Below, one piece after another: positions 58,306 to 64,000 of a stretch of DNA of 64,000 bases. Below the pieces are notes generated by a model. It worked only from the letters and a program-made list of their open reading frames with translations. It searched no databases and was not told where the DNA came from. Position 1 is the stretch's first letter; every line of letters begins with the position of its first letter. The stretch spans positions 128,001 to 192,000 of the forward strand of contig JBDRCO010000051.1 of NCBI GenBank assembly GCA_043821645.1, in the 5' to 3' direction. The DNA is from Pseudomonadota bacterium. GTDB taxonomy: Bacteria; Myxococcota; JACRCW01; JAFGSX01. The translations under genes were made by a program, and so were the position numbers.

Positions 58306-60633
58306 TCACAGCAGGGTCAGCGTGCCCTCCCCGCCGTCGATGCGCACACGTCTGCCCGTGTCCAGGATCCGGGTCGCGTCGGCCAAGGCCACCAGCGCTG
58401 GCATCCCGAGGGCACGTGCAGTCACTGCGCCAAGACAGGATCGGTCCCCGGCCTCGGTGATCAGGGCGGACGCAGAGGTCAGCAAGGGTGCGCAGCCGGC
58501 GGTGAACGCGCGGAGCACCACCACCTCGCCAGCGGTGCATTCCGCGTCCGCCGGCTCGTCGATCACGCGCAGCGTGCCCTCGACCACGCCAGCGCTCGCC
58601 GGGAGGCCACGAAGGACCGTGCTGTCCTGCGCGGCGGCAAGCCCTGGCAATCCGTCCGAGCGCACCAGATCGGGAGGCCTGAGTTGCCGCTGCCATGACA
58701 GGCGCCTGGCGGCCCGCGCGATCCGCACACGCACAGGAGCAACATCGCGACGACGACCGAGCAGCAGATCGATGAGGGTCTCGTGATCCACCAGCCACAC
58801 CTCCTCGACGTGCTGCAGCAGATCGCGCGCCACCAACCGATGCGCCAGCTCCAGGTACAGCCGACGCAGGTTCGCCAGCACGGCAGCCACGCACCACCCT
58901 GGCCAGTCCCGGAGACTCGCCGCCTGCCCCAGCCAGCGCACCACCGCCACCCATTCTCCCGGCGCGGCAGGAGGGGTCCATGACACAGCTCCCTGCCCGG
59001 CGCGGCTGGCCAGCGCGCGCAGCAGGGGCGCGGGATCCTCGTGCCAGCGTGCTGCCGCGAGGTCCTGTTCGTCGGCACAGCGGTGACCGTGCTGACATAG
59101 GAGCTTGTGCCACAGCGGGCCAAGCTGGGCATCGCCCTCGACGGTCGCCTGGAGCTGCGCCAGATCGCGCCCGATCACGTCGGGATGGCGTTGCCGCAGC
59201 AGGTCGCCGAGTTCCCGACAGCGGCGGATCACATCGACCGAAGGTGCCGGCTCCGCGGCGGACCAGACCAGGTCGAGCGGGACACGTGGGTGGTGCGGCC
59301 ACAGCCGCTGAACCAGGCGCAGCGCAAGGGCGGCCACGATCTCGTACGCCAGACCGGGCACCAGAACAGCGCGGCCTTGCTGAACAGTGCGCTCGACACG
59401 TTGCCGAAGTTCGTCGTCGCTGAGCAGCGTGAGCGGCTGTTGTGCCGCCGCATGCTGGGCCTCGGCCAGGGCGCGCAGCGCGTTCACCGAGCGCTCCACG
59501 GCCAGACCACGCAGGACGCGCATGGACAGCCGCCCCAGTCGCCGGACGCCATGCCACACCGACCACAGCTTGCGCAGGCCTGCCAGGGGCACCGCCTCCA
59601 CGTGCTCGGCCTCGAGCTGTCGCAGCAGCCGGGTGCCGGCCGTGCGATCGAGTTCCGGCGCAAGATGGAGCAAGAGCTGACCGGCAGGAATCACGCGCAG
59701 CCGGTTGATGTTCCAGTACACGCGCCCATCCACCCGGTCCACCGGCAGCATCCGACGCTCGCGGGTGGCGCGCTCGGGGAGGCCGGTGAGGCTGGACAGC
59801 ACCACCGGAAACAGGTGGCGCCGCCACAGATCAAAGGCCAGGGGCGACAGCACCTGCGGCAGATGCTCGCGCAGCATGAAGCTGGACCACAGTTCGAGCC
59901 CGGCAGCCTCGGCACCCAGGTGCTCGACGTCGTGTGCTGCCGAGGTCGCTCGCTCCACTGCTTCGATGCTGAGCGCACCCTCGCAGACGGCCCAGCGCAA
60001 GAGCACGGGGCCTGGCAAGATGTGACCGGCCAGCCGCAACACCTCGCGGAGCCTGTCGGCGCGGAAAGCGTCGAGTGGAAGACCCGCTCCGCGGCGCCGC
60101 AGGATGTCTCCCTCTTCGGACTGGAACAGCTCCGCACCCGAGTCCGAGTAGGTGCGAGTCACGCTCACCCGCGCACTGGCGAGAGAGACCTGCTCTGTTC
60201 CACCCCGGATCGGGTCGTTGAGCCGGGCCCTCACCAGGATCGCCGCCGGACCTGGGCTCGACTGCCAGGCCTGGCGCAGGACCTGCATGAGCGTGTCGAC
60301 GTCCGGCGCGCAGGACCACTCCTGTCGGAGGCCTGCACCGTCAAGGGGAGAGACCTGCAGGTCGAGCTCCCGCCTGTCCCGCAGCCGGGCCCCAAGCTCG
60401 GTCCGCAGCGCTCGCTCCCGGTCGGCGACCGCAGCATCGTCACGCGAAAGCACCTCGCGGATCGCAGACCCCAGGACCAGGGCTGGGCGCACCGGCGCTC
60501 CCGCTTCGCGCAGTGTCGCCAGCCAGGCCACCTGCGGTCCGACCTGCGACGGATCGCGTGCCGCCTCGTCGTCCAGGGTTAGCAGCAAGGAGCAGTCCGT
60601 GTTCACGCTGGGGGCCTCAAGCGTGCTCGCCAT
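58306..60633 (-). CDS. PEP-utilising enzyme-like protein (rifampicin phosphotransferase-like architecture), catalytic residues degenerate
   Basis: PPDK-N-like start, EHLPQVLSPL, GRVYWN, HGHRC..E.DL...RW.EDP, and a C-terminal swivelling domain LRGLPASAGVVEG. The phospho-His is absent. Confidence 0.8.
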   Translation of the reverse strand: MASTLEAPSVNTDCSLLLTLDDEAARDPSQVGPQVAWLATLREAGAPVRPALVLGSAIREVLSRDDAAVADRERALRTELGARLRDRRELDLQVSPLDGAGLRQEWSCAPDVDTLMQVLRQAWQSSPGPAAILVRARLNDPIRGGTEQVSLASARVSVTRTYSDSGAELFQSEEGDILRRRGAGLPLDAFRADRLREVLRLAGHILPGPVLLRWAVCEGALSIEAVERATSAAHDVEHLGAEAAGLELWSSFMLREHLPQVLSPLAFDLWRRHLFPVVLSSLTGLPERATRERRMLPVDRVDGRVYWNINRLRVIPAGQLLLHLAPELDRTAGTRLLRQLEAEHVEAVPLAGLRKLWSVWHGVRRLGRLSMRVLRGLAVERSVNALRALAEAQHAAAQQPLTLLSDDELRQRVERTVQQGRAVLVPGLAYEIVAALALRLVQRLWPHHPRVPLDLVWSAAEPAPSVDVIRRCRELGDLLRQRHPDVIGRDLAQLQATVEGDAQLGPLWHKLLCQHGHRCADEQDLAAARWHEDPAPLLRALASRAGQGAVSWTPPAAPGEWVAVVRWLGQAASLRDWPGWCVAAVLANLRRLYLELAHRLVARDLLQHVEEVWLVDHETLIDLLLGRRRDVAPVRVRIARAARRLSWQRQLRPPDLVRSDGLPGLAAAQDSTVLRGLPASAGVVEGTLRVIDEPADAECTAGEVVVLRAFTAGCAPLLTSASALITEAGDRSCLGAVTARALGMPALVALADATRILDTGRRVRIDGGEGTLTLL

Positions 60634-61588
60634 TCACATGTCCCGGCGCCGGCGGCATCCACTCGGCGCAGCGACAGCGCTCGGCGAGGGTGCAGGCGTG
60701 TTCCACCTGCAAGGTCACGTGTTGGATCTGAAAACGTGATCGCAGCACGTCATCGAGCTGACAGCGCAGGTTCTCGCGCTCGCCCGCGTCCAGTTCCTCG
60801 ACGGCAACAACGTGGGCACTCAGTGAGTTGTCCCCCGTGGTCAGTGCCCAGGCATGCAGGTCGGTGATGCGCTGGACGCCGGCCACTCCCAGCATACTCT
60901 GCAAGACCTGATCGAGGTCCACTTCGCGCGGCGTCCCCTCGATCAGCACGTGACTGGCCTCGAGCACGAGTCGGCCACCGCCCCACAGGATGAGCACCGC
61001 GATCAGCAAGCTTGCCAGCGGGTCTATCCAGTATGCGCCGGTGAAGCGCATCAGCAGGCCTGCAACGACCACCGACACCGACTGCAACGCGTCGGTGAGG
61101 GCGTGCACGTATGCTCCGCGCACATTGAGGCTCTCGTGCTGGGCGCGCGCCAGCACCGCCGATACGATCAACTGGGCCAGGAGCCCGACTGCGGCGATGA
61201 CGATCATGGGACCGGTCTGTACCTGTGGCGGCGCATCAAATCTGCGCACTGCCTCCAGGCCCACCAGGACCGCGACCACGCCCAGGGTGATCCCGTTGAA
61301 CAGGGCGGCAAGGATCTCGACGCGCTTGTAGCCATAGCTGCGCTGGGCCGAGGCAGGGCGCAGCGCGAGCCACTGCGCCACCAGGGCCAGTACCACCGCC
61401 GCGACGTCGGTGAGCAGGTGACCGGCATCCGACATCAGCGCGAGGCTGCCGCTCCACAGACCGCCGACAAACTCGACGACGAGGAACAGCGTCAGCACCA
61501 CCAGCGCGAGCCACAGTGCGCGGCGGCTTGCGGCTCTGGCGCCGTGCCCGTGCCCGGAATGGTCGGTGGACCTGTGTTCGTGCCCCAC
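60617..61588 (-). CDS. Cation diffusion facilitator (CzcD/ZitB-like)
   Basis: His-rich N-terminus, SLALMSDAGHLLTD, SYGYKRVEILAA, NVRGAYVHALTD, DLHAW, HVTLQVE. AGGAG SD before GTG at 61588. Confidence 0.94.
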   Translation of the reverse strand: MGHEHRSTDHSGHGHGARAASRRALWLALVVLTLFLVVEFVGGLWSGSLALMSDAGHLLTDVAAVVLALVAQWLALRPASAQRSYGYKRVEILAALFNGITLGVVAVLVGLEAVRRFDAPPQVQTGPMIVIAAVGLLAQLIVSAVLARAQHESLNVRGAYVHALTDALQSVSVVVAGLLMRFTGAYWIDPLASLLIAVLILWGGGRLVLEASHVLIEGTPREVDLDQVLQSMLGVAGVQRITDLHAWALTTGDNSLSAHVVAVEELDAGERENLRCQLDDVLRSRFQIQHVTLQVEHACTLAERCRCAEWMPPAPGHVNGEHA

Positions 61589-61859
61589 GGGCTCTCCTGC
61601 CTGACCTCGCCCTGTATTTTGTATTCCCTCCATGCCGCCCACGCACGCCGTTTTTCGATCGCACGCCGGCCCAGCACACGCCGCACTGGCAGAAACCGGT
61701 CCCGCGGGCTCCGAGTCAGCCGGGATCTGGGTCCTGTGCCTGCCCGTCCCGGAAACTGTTTTTCCTGGCAAAGACCACGAGGCGACTATCGCAAGGTCCA
61801 CGATGGCGCGGCCGGACGCTGCGCGGTCTGCTTGACCAGGCATCACAGCGAGGTGGTCC

Positions 61860-62657
61860 ATGCACCAGCCCTTAGAGCCCGTCCAGGTACTCCTCGTCGA
61901 TGATGAGGTGGAGTTCACGGCTGCCATGGGCCGAGCCCTGTCCTGGCGCGGCTTCGAGGTGCGAACCGCGTGCTCGGGGAGCACCGCGCTGGACCTGCTG
62001 GCGGAACAAGCAGCGGACGTCGTGGTCCTCGATGTGCGAATGCCAGACCCCGATGGCCATGCGGTCTTCCGCTGCATTCGCCAGCGCGCGCCGTGCACCC
62101 CCGTGGTCTTCCTGAGCGGGCATGGGACGGCCCAGGAAGCCTTCGACAGCATGCAACAGGGCGCCTTCGACTACCTCTCCAAGCCCTGCACCGTCGAGCA
62201 GCTCACGGATGTTCTGAGGCGAGCGTGCGGCCTCCAGGTCCAGTCAGAAGCCGACAGTCCCACCGCGCCCATCCGCTTGCTCTTGGTTGACGCCGCGAAC
62301 GAGCACCTGCAGGCCTTGTCCGCGGCCTTCGAGAACCGCGGGTTCGTGGTCGACATGGCGCACACGCAGCGAGATGCCGTGCGCACCATTCAACACCGGG
62401 AGTTCGACGTGGCACTGGTGGACATCGCGGCTCCGGGAGTGGACGGTGTGGCTCTGCTGGGTGTCCTGCGCCAGCACCATCCCCACGCCGAGATCCTGGT
62501 TCTCACGGGCCACCACGCCATCGGTCGGGCCTATGCCGCTGTGCATGCAGGTGCGTACGACTTCTTGCTCAAACCTCAGGGCATCGAGGTCCTGTCCCAC
62601 AAGGTCCGACGAGCCTACCGGCGCGTGCAAGCACGGCGTCAGCAGCTCGGCGCCTGA
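61860..62657 (+). CDS. Response regulator with two receiver domains and no output domain
   Basis: LLVDDE...LDVRMP...SGHG...KP, then LLVDAA...VDIAAP...TGHH...KP. Confidence 0.9.
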   Translation: MHQPLEPVQVLLVDDEVEFTAAMGRALSWRGFEVRTACSGSTALDLLAEQAADVVVLDVRMPDPDGHAVFRCIRQRAPCTPVVFLSGHGTAQEAFDSMQQGAFDYLSKPCTVEQLTDVLRRACGLQVQSEADSPTAPIRLLLVDAANEHLQALSAAFENRGFVVDMAHTQRDAVRTIQHREFDVALVDIAAPGVDGVALLGVLRQHHPHAEILVLTGHHAIGRAYAAVHAGAYDFLLKPQGIEVLSHKVRRAYRRVQARRQQLGA

Positions 62658-62745
62658 GACGCCACCGGCCGTCCGCCGAAGAGGGGGTGGCGATCCGGTC
62701 GTGCCGCGTTTGCAGGAGCACGCGCCGACCGCTAAGGTCGCCGCG

Positions 62746-63927
62746 ATGAACGCATGGATCCCAGGCCTCGCGGCACTGCTTTCGTCGCAGACCCCGGTGC
62801 AACTCGATCTGCAGATCCGTCCCGGACTCGAGGTGGTCTATTCCAACGCGATCCTGGCGGAGGTGAGCCTGACCGCCGACGGCGCCCCCGTGGCCGATCA
62901 GCGCGTCGACTTCTTCTTGCGCCAGGAGACCCTTGGCATCGCCTGCTCGCCGGGGAGCCTGCCGGCCACTGGCGTGGACGGGCGCGCCGGCCCGCTCAAG
63001 GTCCGCTTCGTCAATGGGGCCTGTGGTGTCGACGCCTTCGCGGCCTCGGACCCCGACGGTGTGGAGTACCTGCTCGAGGCACGAACAGCTGCGACCGGCA
63101 CCCTGGCTGCGGCCAGTCAGGCGGTCGCCGTGCGGCTGCATCGCGAGGTCGTGACCGTGCAGCTGCTGCCCGAGCACAGCGCGACCCTGGGGTCCGACCT
63201 GACCCTGGTGGCAACGCTCGTGGATCCCTCCGGCGACGTCGATGAGGGCAGCCTGGAAACCCAGGGCCGGGTGCCTCGCCCGATCGAAGGAGCCACGCTG
63301 CACTTCTACCTCGACCTGAATGACGACGGTGACTTCGGGGATGCCGATGAGGCTTTAGGGAGCGCCACCACGAGCGCCAGCGGAACAGCCAGTCTGCGCT
63401 TTGACACCACACCCGTGGCTGGTCTTCCGCGTGCCGGCCGCCACCGCGACGCCGTGCGAGTCGAATTTTCCGCCGACGAGCGCTTCAAGTTCGCCGCGGG
63501 GCTAGGCGATCTGTGGCTACAGCCAGCCTCCGTGGACGCCAAGCAGACGCTGCTCGAGACCACACCTCACACCGCTGTGGCCGACGGGCACAGCGAGATC
63601 CTGCTCCTGGCAACCCTGCGCGATCGCTTCGGCAGCACCCTCGGCCCGGACGATGACCCGCATACGGTGGGCTTCGTGACCAGCGCCGGGGACCTGCAGG
63701 ACAGTGTCGAGCGCAACGCTGCCACGGGGCAGTACAGTCAGTTGCTGCGCGCCCCGGGGCAGGCCGGTGCTGCGACAGTCAGAGTTGTGGTCGACGGCGA
63801 GGAGGGTTCCCAGGTCGAGGTGATGTTCACCGACGTGGGCTGCGGTTGCAGCCTGTCCGCGTCACCGCGGCAGGGTTGGGTTCTCGTGTTCCTCTATGGC
63901 CTCGTGTGGCGACGGAGATCCCCATGA
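62746..63927 (+). CDS. Surface protein with Ig-like/invasin-type domains and a MYXO-CTERM-like tail
   Basis: TAVADGHSEILLLATLRDRFG (invasin-like), DLNDDGDFGDADE (Ca-binding-like), C-terminal GCGCS-TM-RRR. Confidence 0.78.
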   Translation: MNAWIPGLAALLSSQTPVQLDLQIRPGLEVVYSNAILAEVSLTADGAPVADQRVDFFLRQETLGIACSPGSLPATGVDGRAGPLKVRFVNGACGVDAFAASDPDGVEYLLEARTAATGTLAAASQAVAVRLHREVVTVQLLPEHSATLGSDLTLVATLVDPSGDVDEGSLETQGRVPRPIEGATLHFYLDLNDDGDFGDADEALGSATTSASGTASLRFDTTPVAGLPRAGRHRDAVRVEFSADERFKFAAGLGDLWLQPASVDAKQTLLETTPHTAVADGHSEILLLATLRDRFGSTLGPDDDPHTVGFVTSAGDLQDSVERNAATGQYSQLLRAPGQAGAATVRVVVDGEEGSQVEVMFTDVGCGCSLSASPRQGWVLVFLYGLVWRRRSP

Positions 63928-64000
63928 GCTCGTCGAAGACCCCGGCACCTGCGCTGTCGACCAGCAGCCAGGTTCGCCAGCAGCTGTTGTCCCTTCCGCC

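Noticed and set aside
57357-64000. Genomic island integrated at tRNA-Glu
   Set aside because: No integrase, no duplicated tRNA 3' end seen, and the native terminator directly follows the tRNA.
63924-64000. Possible CDS start overlapping the last stop (ATGA)
   Set aside because: Only 25 codons are visible, which is not enough to support a call.

Overview
High-GC bacterial chromosome segment with a Myxococcota-like gene repertoire: MYXO-CTERM-type C-termini, TIGR02266-type PilZ proteins, a Cys-rich Pal and a lid-less Hsp70. Housekeeping genes include glpK, epmA, pal-cpoB, yebC-ruvC-ruvA (ruvB is not adjacent), bamA, glmS, an RluA-family gene and tRNA-Glu(CUC). Large envelope proteins include a ~31-heme lipoprotein cytochrome c, a 2784-aa Ig-repeat lipoprotein and four MYXO-CTERM-like surface proteins. 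The main hidden signal is three genes that the ORF track breaks at in-frame UGA codons, each followed by a bacterial SECIS-like hairpin: (1) a HesB/IscA-like protein (19038-19340, -), (2) a peroxiredoxin-like lipoprotein with a UxxC motif (48515-49141, -), and (3) a tiny single-TM protein with a U-x4-C motif (45771-45974, +), which sits behind an unrecognised ~117-nt structured RNA leader. A GGAA(T/C)-N18-GTTG ECF promoter occurs upstream of both the ECF sigma/zinc anti-sigma pair and pal-cpoB. No integrase, transposase, CRISPR array or rRNA was found. All calls come from reading motifs by eye; no searches were run.
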